Shown here: in pieces, positions 47,950 through 56,131 of the stretch | How the letters are laid out: each line of letters opens with the position of its first letter | Position numbering within the stretch: position 1 is the stretch's first letter | From: a virus | Direction: 5' to 3' (one strand) | IMG/VR virus record: IMGVR_UViG_3300043470_000815 | DNA length: 64,000 nt | Notes under the pieces: generated by a model | What the model saw: the letters and a program-made list of their open reading frames with translations, nothing else | The model's database searches: none | Told to the model about the DNA's origin: nothing | Made by a program: the position numbers and the translations under genes

Positions 47950-48460
47950 AACCGTTGTTCCACAGCACAATACAGCGGACGGATGTTGACTACTTAATCC
48001 GTGAATCAAAAGGCTTGTTACATCATGGCTTTGAAAAATAAGAGGTTTTGTAACGTTGGATATAGTCAATTTAAAAAATATCCATTTTCCGTAGGGAACT
48101 AATAATTCCTGATAATCAAACATGCAATGCTTTCCAAATGTGGGCGGCGTTGCATTTATTGTTTTATTTTCCCTTTGGGTTAACAAAGGGTACAAGCCAC
48201 AATACCGTATTATATAGATCACTCTCGCACTGTTTCTAACGGGATAACAACGAGGACTGCATGTTTACTTAATGTTTCATTTATCTATATAATATGTTAA
48301 AACCGAATTATAGCAGGGCGGAACGTATTGTTGGTTGGTGGGTTAGATTTATATTCCATCTAACAACCTAGTGTATTTTACCTTAAAAGATTGATTATTC
48401 TTTCTTTTTTCTTAAATGGGTAAATATGCAGGGATAAATCCCGTATTATACCATATTTAA
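47950..48460 (+). ncRNA. candidate large structured non-coding RNA (unclassified)
   Basis: no plausible plus-strand ORF; eight or more stems plus long-range GGCTTGT/ACAAGCC pairing; strand inferred from the promoter and G-U pairs. Confidence 0.5.
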
Positions 48461-48463
48461 GTG

Positions 48464-48514
48464 TTAATTAGTTGTTAACAGACTTGTATAATACCAACCA
48501 ACCACCTATCTTTG
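48464..48514 (+). promoter_or_regulatory. promoter ACTTG-N20-TATCTTTG with TTAAT-N5-GTTAA palindrome
   Basis: palindrome at 48464-78, ACTTG at 48482-86, TATCTTTG at 48507-14. Confidence 0.75.
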
Positions 48515-48591
48515 TAATGTAAAATTAAAGGATCGAATATGAAATTCGATTTAATATTTTACTTTTTGTAATCAAAATCAATTATAAAGAT

Positions 48592-48885
48592 ATGACAAGT
48601 CAAGAAATTTGTTTAGAAACATTGAAACAGTTGGGTGGTAATAAGTTCATCGTTATGACTGGAGCAAAATGTATTAGTGATGGTAATACACTCATTGTAA
48701 AATTCAAAATGTGTCCAAAGGCGAATATTATGTACATCACATTGAACGGTAAAGATTTATACGACGTGAAAATATGTAAATTTCGCGGTATGGAAGTCAA
48801 AACCGTTGCCGAACTTAACGATGCGTATTCTGATATGTTACGCCCATTTTTCACCGAAACAACTGGATTATATACCAGTTTGTAA
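48592..48885 (+). CDS. hypothetical phage protein
   Basis: LKQLGGNKFIVMTGAK...Y.D.L...F...TGLYTSL motif. Confidence 0.7.
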   Translation: MTSQEICLETLKQLGGNKFIVMTGAKCISDGNTLIVKFKMCPKANIMYITLNGKDLYDVKICKFRGMEVKTVAELNDAYSDMLRPFFTETTGLYTSL

Positions 48886-48909
48886 TTAATTTAAAAATAT
48901 TAAAAATAA

Positions 48910-49173
48910 ATGAAGAAATTTACACAAGCACCCATTGGTTTGGGTTTTCATTGTTTAGAACACGAAACATCTATTGCGTACATTTGGAACGAATTAGTTG
49001 ATAAAAACCTCCCACCCAATTCTTTATGGGAATGTACGCCAATTCGATTACATAATATACAATGGGCAAAAGATGGTGTAACATTGTTAAGTATGGGAGC
49101 AGTTATTCGAGAAGGTGATATGTATAAACTGTCGGATTGGGCAATAGAAAAAATTAATAAATTTTTAGCATAA
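48910..49173 (+). CDS. hypothetical protein
   Basis: 87 aa ORF. Confidence 0.55.
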   Translation: MKKFTQAPIGLGFHCLEHETSIAYIWNELVDKNLPPNSLWECTPIRLHNIQWAKDGVTLLSMGAVIREGDMYKLSDWAIEKINKFLA

Positions 49174-49174
49174 T

Positions 49175-49486
49175 ATGAATTTTAAAAATTTCAAATTATA
49201 TAGATGGTTACTTGGGGGTGGTTGGTCACAAAAGTCCGATAAAACATGGGTTTGGTGGCCAATAATCGGTCAGGCAATTGCATACCAACAGGAAATCGAA
49301 AAGTTTCAACGCTTTGAAAAATATACTTGGTGGTTGAAAATAAAATATAAATTTTACAATCACAAACAAAAACGTGTATTTTGGAAAAAACAAGGTTATT
49401 TACCGCAATGTTGGACTGAAAATGAAGCACATTTATATACACCTGAATCGTTTGTACGTTTTGAACGACATTTTTTTGAATTATAA
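49175..49486 (+). CDS. hypothetical Trp-rich protein
   Basis: 103 aa ORF, coupled to neighbour. Confidence 0.55.
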   Translation: MNFKNFKLYRWLLGGGWSQKSDKTWVWWPIIGQAIAYQQEIEKFQRFEKYTWWLKIKYKFYNHKQKRVFWKKQGYLPQCWTENEAHLYTPESFVRFERHFFEL

Positions 49487-49914
49487 TGAAAAATAAAGAT
49501 ATTATCCGAAAAATAAATTATTTAGTTTACAATTCCCGATGTTCGCATTTGGGGAGGTGGGATTCTGATAAATTCTTTAATCCTGAATATTTAAAAACAT
49601 TTACTGATGATAAATTTCATGGCAGGTTAAATTTTAATTGTCACGAATTGTATGATTTATTCAAATTATCGGGAATGACACATAATGAATTTCGGGAAAT
49701 GGTGGAAGGAATTTCTTTAACCAAAAATGAAAATAAAAATTTATTAAAAGGTTCACCACCCAAGGAATCTCGTGACAATAAAACTGTTAGGGTCGGGAAT
49801 GGTCGAAACAAAAATCCAAACACAATTCGATTTCCAAAAAAGTGTAGGAAAACTGCTTGGAAACGATTTTATAAACTTTTTCCAAATTTAGAAAATGAAA
49901 AAAATATATCTTAA
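49486..49914 (+). CDS. hypothetical protein
   Basis: 142 aa; C-terminal IRFPKKCRKTAWKRFYKLFP. Confidence 0.6.
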   Translation: MKNKDIIRKINYLVYNSRCSHLGRWDSDKFFNPEYLKTFTDDKFHGRLNFNCHELYDLFKLSGMTHNEFREMVEGISLTKNENKNLLKGSPPKESRDNKTVRVGNGRNKNPNTIRFPKKCRKTAWKRFYKLFPNLENEKNIS

Positions 49915-50323
49915 TTACAGTTCCAAAGACCGCCATTTAGTCGATAAATGTATTCCACATCTAAAATCATTGGGTGAATTATGGTCAGTTGACAACTTAA
50001 ACGCTGGAGACATTATTGACAAAACAATCACAAAAAAATGGAACGAATCTGATTTTATATTGGAATTTATTTCAAGTGATTTTATAAATGAACCTTGCTT
50101 TAATATAGAGCCAAATAACAAATTATTAATTGGAATCTATCTTAGACCTTGTTCATTTGAAGACGTGGAAGGTAGGTGGGAATGTGTACTGCCATTTGAC
50201 GCGTTAAATTCAAGTACTGACTTTGATTCATCGTTGAATGAAATTATTAAGTATTTAAAAGATAATATCAATTCAATTGATACAGAGTTCCGATTAAAAA
50301 ATTACCTAAACGAAAATGTATAA
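49895..50323 (+). CDS. TIR domain protein (TIR_2-like)
   Basis: KIYLNYSSKD, W....LNAGD...I....ESDFIL.FISSDF...C..IE, I.I.LRPC. Confidence 0.8.
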   Translation: MKKIYLNYSSKDRHLVDKCIPHLKSLGELWSVDNLNAGDIIDKTITKKWNESDFILEFISSDFINEPCFNIEPNNKLLIGIYLRPCSFEDVEGRWECVLPFDALNSSTDFDSSLNEIIKYLKDNINSIDTEFRLKNYLNENV

Positions 50324-50807
50324 ATATTTAGCAATATTTTTATTATCAATTATCATTATATTTTACGATTATATATGTGTATTGATCTATAAAAAATCAC
50401 ATCATATTGCCATTGAAAATGCTATAAGAAAAATTGATAAACGGAATATTCAAATAAAATATATTTTCGATAAAAGTACATTAGTAGCAGCAACCAACCT
50501 AGTTGATAATAAACCATTTTATTATATCAATGTGACACAAGATTCGTTTTTAACAGCGGAATTAATCGCATACCATGAATATATGCACCAAAATATGTAT
50601 CCTAAAAAATATTCTAAACGTGTCGAAGAAGCAATTGTTGGGATTGGAACATATTATTATTCAATGGTCGAATATGATACAGCAATGCAACGACAATGTT
50701 TATTGGCATCTTATCCAGCGTTTGAAAAATTAACCAAAATCGAAAAAGATACAGTTTTAGCCTACAATTATTACAATTACACTCACACTTTTATTCAATC
50801 AAATTAA
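50316..50807 (+). CDS. membrane-anchored HExxH metallopeptidase-like protein
   Basis: N-terminal TM helix; IAYHEYMH...EE. Confidence 0.5.
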   Translation: MYKYLAIFLLSIIIIFYDYICVLIYKKSHHIAIENAIRKIDKRNIQIKYIFDKSTLVAATNLVDNKPFYYINVTQDSFLTAELIAYHEYMHQNMYPKKYSKRVEEAIVGIGTYYYSMVEYDTAMQRQCLLASYPAFEKLTKIEKDTVLAYNYYNYTHTFIQSN

Positions 50808-50817
50808 TTTAACAACA

Positions 50818-50934
50818 ATGATTTTAACCGCAATTATTATTTTCGGTGCATTAGCACTCGTTTGGTATTTATCACCAACCAACCCATCCAAACCAAATGA
50901 TGACTGGAATCACTATAACGACATGAACAACTAA
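50818..50934 (+). CDS. small membrane protein (38 aa, not in ORF track)
   Basis: MILTAIIIFGALALVWYLSPTNPSKPNDDW... Confidence 0.45.
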   Translation: MILTAIIIFGALALVWYLSPTNPSKPNDDWNHYNDMNN

Positions 50935-50961
50935 ACCAAAACTTAAAAATTTTAAAAAAAA

Positions 50962-51321
50962 ATGACAAAATTAACATTTAAAGAACTGGAAGAAATTATC
51001 AATTCGGATTTATTTGAAGAAAATGATTTATACCCACGTGCATGGATGCACGAAGAAGTGTATGAAAATGCCGATCAAATTGACGACAATCCTGAACTGT
51101 TTACCGAATATTCAAAATTGGGTAAATATGAAATGGTCGAACATCATGGCGGGATGGATGAAGGTAGTGATTATTACACGATTTACCATTTTATTGACCA
51201 TGATATTTACATTCAGTTCCAAGGTTGGTACGCAAGTCATCATGGATCAGAATACAATGAAATGTTTGAAGTTAAACCTTACGAAGAAGTTGTTACGAAA
51301 TATAAACAGGTTGGTGAATAA
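50962..51321 (+). CDS. hypothetical acidic protein
   Basis: GGMDEGSDYY...G.Y.SHHG...F.EVKP.E.VV..Y motif. Confidence 0.65.
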   Translation: MTKLTFKELEEIINSDLFEENDLYPRAWMHEEVYENADQIDDNPELFTEYSKLGKYEMVEHHGGMDEGSDYYTIYHFIDHDIYIQFQGWYASHHGSEYNEMFEVKPYEEVVTKYKQVGE

Positions 51322-51357
51322 TTAATAGGAATTTATCATTATAATGATAAGTTCTTG

Positions 51358-51408
51358 TTAACAGTTAGTTAATGGACTTGTGGGATAGGTTGGGAGGTCG
51401 TATCTTTG
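51358..51408 (+). promoter_or_regulatory. promoter ACTTG-N20-TATCTTTG with perfect TTAAC-N5-GTTAA palindrome
   Basis: palindrome at 51358-72, ACTTG at 51376-80, TATCTTTG at 51401-08. Confidence 0.78.
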
Positions 51409-51439
51409 TATCATTAATAAACAACTAAATAATTTAATT

Positions 51440-51955
51440 ATGATTTTTTTAAAAAATAAGTACGAAGATAATGGCGTTATATACGCTACTAACAATGAAA
51501 TTGAAACATTAAACGTTTCTGATTGTTACGATTCAAATGGTCAACAAATTGGTCACGATGATGCTGGTGATTATATCGAATTGACTGATGAATCACACGC
51601 CGATTTTGCAAATGAATTTACTGAAAGTAGTGAATACGTGGTTGGTGATTATGTCCATGCGTTCGATTCGTGGCAATTATTCAACGCTTTAAATGAAAAT
51701 TTTGAAGATGTTGTTGAACACACAACCTGCCAAGGTTTTAATGTGTGGGATGGACATAATTGGAAATCAATTATTGTTAATACCCAAATCGGTGAACCTG
51801 AATGGTCTATTGTGGATTTTGACGAAAATGAATTAGAAGATATGGAAGAAGTTCGTACTGGTAATGGTTTCACTGTTTATGAAACTGATAAGTACGAAAT
51901 CACATCTAGTCAATTTGTAGATGCTTGGGAAACATATTCAATAATTGAAAAATAA
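51440..51955 (+). CDS. hypothetical acidic protein
   Basis: 171 aa ORF after the promoter. Confidence 0.6.
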   Translation: MIFLKNKYEDNGVIYATNNEIETLNVSDCYDSNGQQIGHDDAGDYIELTDESHADFANEFTESSEYVVGDYVHAFDSWQLFNALNENFEDVVEHTTCQGFNVWDGHNWKSIIVNTQIGEPEWSIVDFDENELEDMEEVRTGNGFTVYETDKYEITSSQFVDAWETYSIIEK

Positions 51956-51970
51956 AATAAATAAAAAAAA

Positions 51971-52192
51971 ATGATATTAGTTAACACTGATGAAATGATG
52001 TACTTTAAGGATTTTGAATCTTTAAAAGATACATATCCCAATGCGTATAATGTACCTGACAAATACCCTTGCTATGGGTGGTTTATTTGTACAAATTATG
52101 ACGGTAATGGTATTGGACGACCAGTTCTAGGATATGTTTATCCCGAATCAAATTTTGATGGTATAACGATTAATAACGCTGTATTTTTGTAA
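51971..52192 (+). CDS. hypothetical protein
   Basis: 73 aa; NVPDKYPCYGW...NG..RPVLGYVY. Confidence 0.6.
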   Translation: MILVNTDEMMYFKDFESLKDTYPNAYNVPDKYPCYGWFICTNYDGNGIGRPVLGYVYPESNFDGITINNAVFL

Positions 52193-52395
52193 TGACTAAC
52201 ATTGAAGCATTGAATTGTAATTTACGAATTGACAGTTTGGAATCATTCAAATAGTTTAAATTCTATTTTGATGGTATTAATTTACCAACCAAGTTTCCGT
52301 GTTGGGCATGGATTATAAATTACGAACAGATAAATGGGGAACGTCGTCCGTATTTGGGATATTATTACGAAGAGTTTTTGGAAGAATTAAAATAA
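52192..52395 (+). pseudogene. paralog of 51971-52192 interrupted by an in-frame TAG (52252-54)
   Basis: MTNIEALNCNLRIDSLESFK*FKFYFDGINLPTKFPCWAWIINYEQINGERRPYLGYYYEEFLEELK. Confidence 0.65.
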
Positions 52396-52396
52396 A

Positions 52397-52434
52397 AAAA
52401 ATGGTCAAAGGTTTTTACACCAATGACCATTTTT
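52397..52434. terminator. intrinsic terminator between convergent transcription units
   Basis: 11 bp stem AAAAATGGTCA/TGACCATTTTT; U-tracts on both strands. Confidence 0.7.
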
Positions 52435-52454
52435 CATACACATACTACTTAAAA

Positions 52455-52859
52455 CTAAGCAGGAACTTCTTCGGTTGGTGGTGTCAACGCATCAATGGCA
52501 GCATTAACTTGTAACAAAGCAGCCGTCAAATCCAAATTAGCATCTGCAAACGCTTCCAATGCCAATTCGACATCTTCATCTTCATTAACGATAACTTTTT
52601 TCAAAGAATCGCGATATGCTTGAACTTGGGCTGGTGTTAGAACGCTTAAAAACGCTCCTATCTGCTGTGTTAAACCCGCAATACCCGATACATACGTATC
52701 CAATTCGGCAGTAGGTTCAGAAGTTTCCAATGTGTAAAGTGCGTCCATTGCTTTAGCACCTGCCACAAAAGCGGTTTCGACGAGTTTTTCAACTGCATCA
52801 TTTTTAAATTCAAATCCTGTTAAGATTTGTTCGACGATAAGATTTAATCGTTGCGACAT
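52455..52859 (-). CDS. hypothetical helical protein
   Basis: 134 aa, Ala/Glu-rich. Confidence 0.6.
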   Translation of the reverse strand: MSQRLNLIVEQILTGFEFKNDAVEKLVETAFVAGAKAMDALYTLETSEPTAELDTYVSGIAGLTQQIGAFLSVLTPAQVQAYRDSLKKVIVNEDEDVELALEAFADANLDLTAALLQVNAAIDALTPPTEEVPA

Positions 52860-52896
52860 TTTAAGTAACCTTTTGATTAATAATTACGGAATGTAA

Positions 52897-53229
52897 TTAC
52901 TTTTTATTTGTGATTTCAAATTCCTTTAGGGAATCTTTGCGATTTTCATTAGCGATTTTCAAAAATTCAGGTGCGGCTTTAAATGTTACGACCATCCTAG
53001 CAGGAGTTTCCCATTTAGCACCAGTTGGGGCAAATGTTCCACTTCGCTTTTGACGCGATTCGATATTAAATGTACCTAAACCTTTGTATTCGACACGTCC
53101 TTCACTTGCTGTATGTTTAGCAGTCAATTTTAAAAATGTTGAAAAAACTTCTTCAATAACATCTATATCAATGTTAGTTTCGTTTACAATATCTTTAAAT
53201 AGGTCTTTTTTATTATATTCAGTTTTCAT
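52897..53229 (-). CDS. HU/IHF-family histone-like DNA-binding protein
   Basis: V.Y.GLGTF....R..R.G..P.TG....PAR.VV.FK. Confidence 0.85.
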   Translation of the reverse strand: MKTEYNKKDLFKDIVNETNIDIDVIEEVFSTFLKLTAKHTASEGRVEYKGLGTFNIESRQKRSGTFAPTGAKWETPARMVVTFKAAPEFLKIANENRKDSLKEFEITNKK

Positions 53230-53482
53230 TGTTTATGTTAGTTTGTGGATTAAGTGTTTGATATGTACTTGGATTATTAAATGACAAGTATAATGATGTC
53301 AATGTAATCAAAATTTTATTTATATTTGATGGAATTTCTAATCCAAGTTCCTGTGCAAATAAAAATACACCAACCAACCCCATTCCGATAATTGTAATAA
53401 GTGTAGCAGTTTCAGGATTCTTCTGCTTAAAAGAATCCCAAAACTTTGCTAATATAATGTTTAATTGTAGTCGGTTATTCAT
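53219..53482 (-). CDS. holin-like membrane protein
   Basis: two TM segments; adjacent to a second small membrane ORF. Confidence 0.45.
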   Translation of the reverse strand: MNNRLQLNIILAKFWDSFKQKNPETATLITIIGMGLVGVFLFAQELGLEIPSNINKILITLTSLYLSFNNPSTYQTLNPQTNINNEN

Positions 53483-53697
53483 TATTGTCCTTTGCCAAAA
53501 CCAGCGGGACGACCTTTAAAGTAGCCGAATATGGTAGTAACCACACCAACCAATACCAAAACTGCATCCCAAATGGTATCTAAATTTTGAGTAATGTAAT
53601 CCAAAAGTCCAGTGAATCGGCCTAAACCGATAAATGTAAATGCAAAACCCAACGCTGTGAGTATGTGACGGATAATTGATTTAGTTTGTTCGTTCAT
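53482..53697 (-). CDS. holin-like membrane protein
   Basis: SIIRHILTALG; two TM segments; basic C-terminus. Confidence 0.55.
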   Translation of the reverse strand: MNEQTKSIIRHILTALGFAFTFIGLGRFTGLLDYITQNLDTIWDAVLVLVGVVTTIFGYFKGRPAGFGKGQ

Positions 53698-53722
53698 GTT
53701 TTTTATTTGTTTAAATTGTTAT

Positions 53723-54196
53723 TTATGCGTATAAAGCATAATCATAAGAAATTGTTATTGTGGCTTGTGTAACATCATCTGTTCCACGATCCATATCACC
53801 CCACGCAACCGAGGTGTAAAATGCACCAACCAATGTCCATGTACCAATCGGAACTTCGGCTGGATTTAGAACCATGATTTTTAAGTCATGTTTGTAAACT
53901 GGTGCATAGGTATCAGTGGCACTTGAAACTGCTTGATGTTGTTGGAGATATTGCCATAATTGTAAAGATGTTATTCCTTCAAACTTATAGGCTTGTAATG
54001 TAATATCATCCCAACGCAATTTTCCTTTAACTTTAAAATATGAGTTAACATATTCAACTGTTACTGGAGCAGATTGGGCGGTTGGTTGTTGGGCAGAACG
54101 GCAATAAAACGCCGCACCTGCTAATTTTGAAGTCGTGACCATATACCGAAATTGTAATTCGGGGTGGAACGCTTCGGGTACAAGTAATCTTGGCAT
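53723..54196 (-). CDS. tail tube protein (T4 gp19-like)
   Basis: VKGKLRWDDITL, YKHDL, W.LVGA, ITISYDYA; downstream of sheath. Confidence 0.88.
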   Translation of the reverse strand: MPRLLVPEAFHPELQFRYMVTTSKLAGAAFYCRSAQQPTAQSAPVTVEYVNSYFKVKGKLRWDDITLQAYKFEGITSLQLWQYLQQHQAVSSATDTYAPVYKHDLKIMVLNPAEVPIGTWTLVGAFYTSVAWGDMDRGTDDVTQATITISYDYALYA

Positions 54197-54205
54197 GTTT
54201 TAATC

Positions 54206-56053
54206 CTATTCTTGTGCATCCACTGGAAATAAAGCACCTGTTGGTAATACTACGAAGTCAACGATGATAAATTCCGCAGTTTTAGCGGGTTTTAAGTAAA
54301 TTTGTGCTCTCATTTCGTTACGATCCACCACATCGGGGGTATTGTTACGTTCATCAATGATTATACGGTAATCGTACAAACCCTGTTGGTTTTGAACCCT
54401 ACGGAAATACGGATCGACTAATTCTAAGAACCTAGCACGTGTTTCAATTGTATTGTTTTCAAATACTAAATATTTTGTAGTAAATGCAACAAAACGTTTT
54501 GCGTCAATCAATAAACGACGTACATTGATACGATCTAATGCCGAACGTTTTTTCTGTAATGTTTTTTGACCCCACACACAGATTCCAGTTCGTGGGAATG
54601 TAGCGATTGGATTAACCGATTTAATATATAAATTATCACGATCATTTGGAGTCATTAAACGTTCTGTTTGTAGAACTGTATCCAACACACCACGATTTAA
54701 ACCTGCTGGTGCGTACCAAGGATGTGCAACCGCATCATTAAATGAATAAACGGCTGATACAACGGCGGAGGGTGGAAGCCAAATGTTTCTACCTAAATCG
54801 GGGTCGGGTATTTGACACCAAGGGTAGTACATAGCCGCGTAATTTGTATTACGTTGTTCGGCTGCTATTTGTGCCTGTCCAACTGTTGAACCCTTGTATG
54901 TCGGATCAATAACATACATTGTGTCACCACGATCTTCACAAAGGTTAATACCACGCGTAATCAATGAACTATGGGCTGTTAGGTTGTCCATCAAACCCGG
55001 TGTAAATAACAAGTCAACGTCGTATTGGTCGCGATTAGATAAAATATCAAAAGCGTCTTGGTATGCTGATGCACCACTGGCGGGTTGTGCTAAGTTAAAA
55101 CCTTGGGTGTTGTTATTCCAAATCTTTTCATTCATTGCACGTGGATGAACTACGTTACCATCACTACCACCACTAAATGTACCCGAAACTGCTGCTGGTA
55201 ATGAACCTGATAACGAAGCATCACGAACCTGACCATTTGAATTTAGGTAATTTAATGTATTACGAACATTTTCAATTCGTATAAAGCGTGAACGATTTGG
55301 ATATGAACCCGACCGTTCCAAATAAGGCGAACCACCCGAATCATAACGTAAAGTATTAACTTGATCGCCAATAACTTTAGTAATATAATTTGATGTATTT
55401 GGGTCTAATGAAATTCCCGTATATTGTTCAATTATAATTTTACGATTGGAAATATCATCGGCACGACGAATATATAAATCAAATGTACCGCGATTTGGAT
55501 CAACATTGGCAATTTCCCACCTAATTCCATATTGTGAACCTGATAGCAATACACCACCCGTTGATTCATCGGCTGCTACACCTGACCCCGAAATACTTGC
55601 ACTTGCACGACCACTGTTTGTAATTTCACCATCGGTTAAGGCAACAATTTTGAATGCCATTTCGTTTGCCGAATACGTCACTGAACCTGAACTTGCAGTA
55701 CCCAATAACGCATACGAACTAGATTGATGTACAAAAGAACTGGCTGGTTGATAATTACCCGCCAAAATACGTGTCACAGTACACGTTTTACCATACCTTA
55801 AATATTCTTGAACACACGTAGTTGTTAAATATTTATACATTTGTTCACTCGCACCTGAACCCGATGTGAACACGTCACCAAACCACCTAATATATTCTGA
55901 ATATGTAGAAACAGGGGTTGGTACTAATGCAGGGCCTCTAACTGTTGGGCCGATAACCGCTGCTCCAACCGCTTGAATTTCTAGCGGTAAGAAAGAAAGG
56001 TCAAATTCCCTTGTAAAGACACCCGCCGAAAGAAATACATTCGCATTTGCCAT
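54206..56053 (-). CDS. contractile tail sheath protein (T4 gp18-like)
   Basis: SAGVFTRE.D, W.APAG.NRG, NPI..FP..G..VWGQKTL, R.NVRRL, P.KTAEFI. Confidence 0.95.
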   Translation of the reverse strand: MANANVFLSAGVFTREFDLSFLPLEIQAVGAAVIGPTVRGPALVPTPVSTYSEYIRWFGDVFTSGSGASEQMYKYLTTTCVQEYLRYGKTCTVTRILAGNYQPASSFVHQSSSYALLGTASSGSVTYSANEMAFKIVALTDGEITNSGRASASISGSGVAADESTGGVLLSGSQYGIRWEIANVDPNRGTFDLYIRRADDISNRKIIIEQYTGISLDPNTSNYITKVIGDQVNTLRYDSGGSPYLERSGSYPNRSRFIRIENVRNTLNYLNSNGQVRDASLSGSLPAAVSGTFSGGSDGNVVHPRAMNEKIWNNNTQGFNLAQPASGASAYQDAFDILSNRDQYDVDLLFTPGLMDNLTAHSSLITRGINLCEDRGDTMYVIDPTYKGSTVGQAQIAAEQRNTNYAAMYYPWCQIPDPDLGRNIWLPPSAVVSAVYSFNDAVAHPWYAPAGLNRGVLDTVLQTERLMTPNDRDNLYIKSVNPIATFPRTGICVWGQKTLQKKRSALDRINVRRLLIDAKRFVAFTTKYLVFENNTIETRARFLELVDPYFRRVQNQQGLYDYRIIIDERNNTPDVVDRNEMRAQIYLKPAKTAEFIIVDFVVLPTGALFPVDAQE

Positions 56054-56131
56054 TAATTTTCATCCTTTTTTTAATTTTAGTCGGGTAAACCGATCTTTTT
56101 AATAATAAATATACTTTAAAAAATTAAAACC

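Noticed and set aside
47896-48222. 108 aa minus-strand ORF in the non-coding gap
   Set aside because: It is opposite to the island orientation, has atypical composition and no motif; the region is better explained as structured RNA.
51333-51350. Perfect 18 bp palindrome TTATCATTATAATGATAA as a separate operator
   Set aside because: Single, almost all-AT occurrence right after a stop codon; more likely a weak terminator or chance.
52299-52514. 71 aa plus-strand ORF from the track
   Set aside because: It runs through the terminator and into a convergent gene; the overlapping frame 52192-52395 has clear paralog homology.
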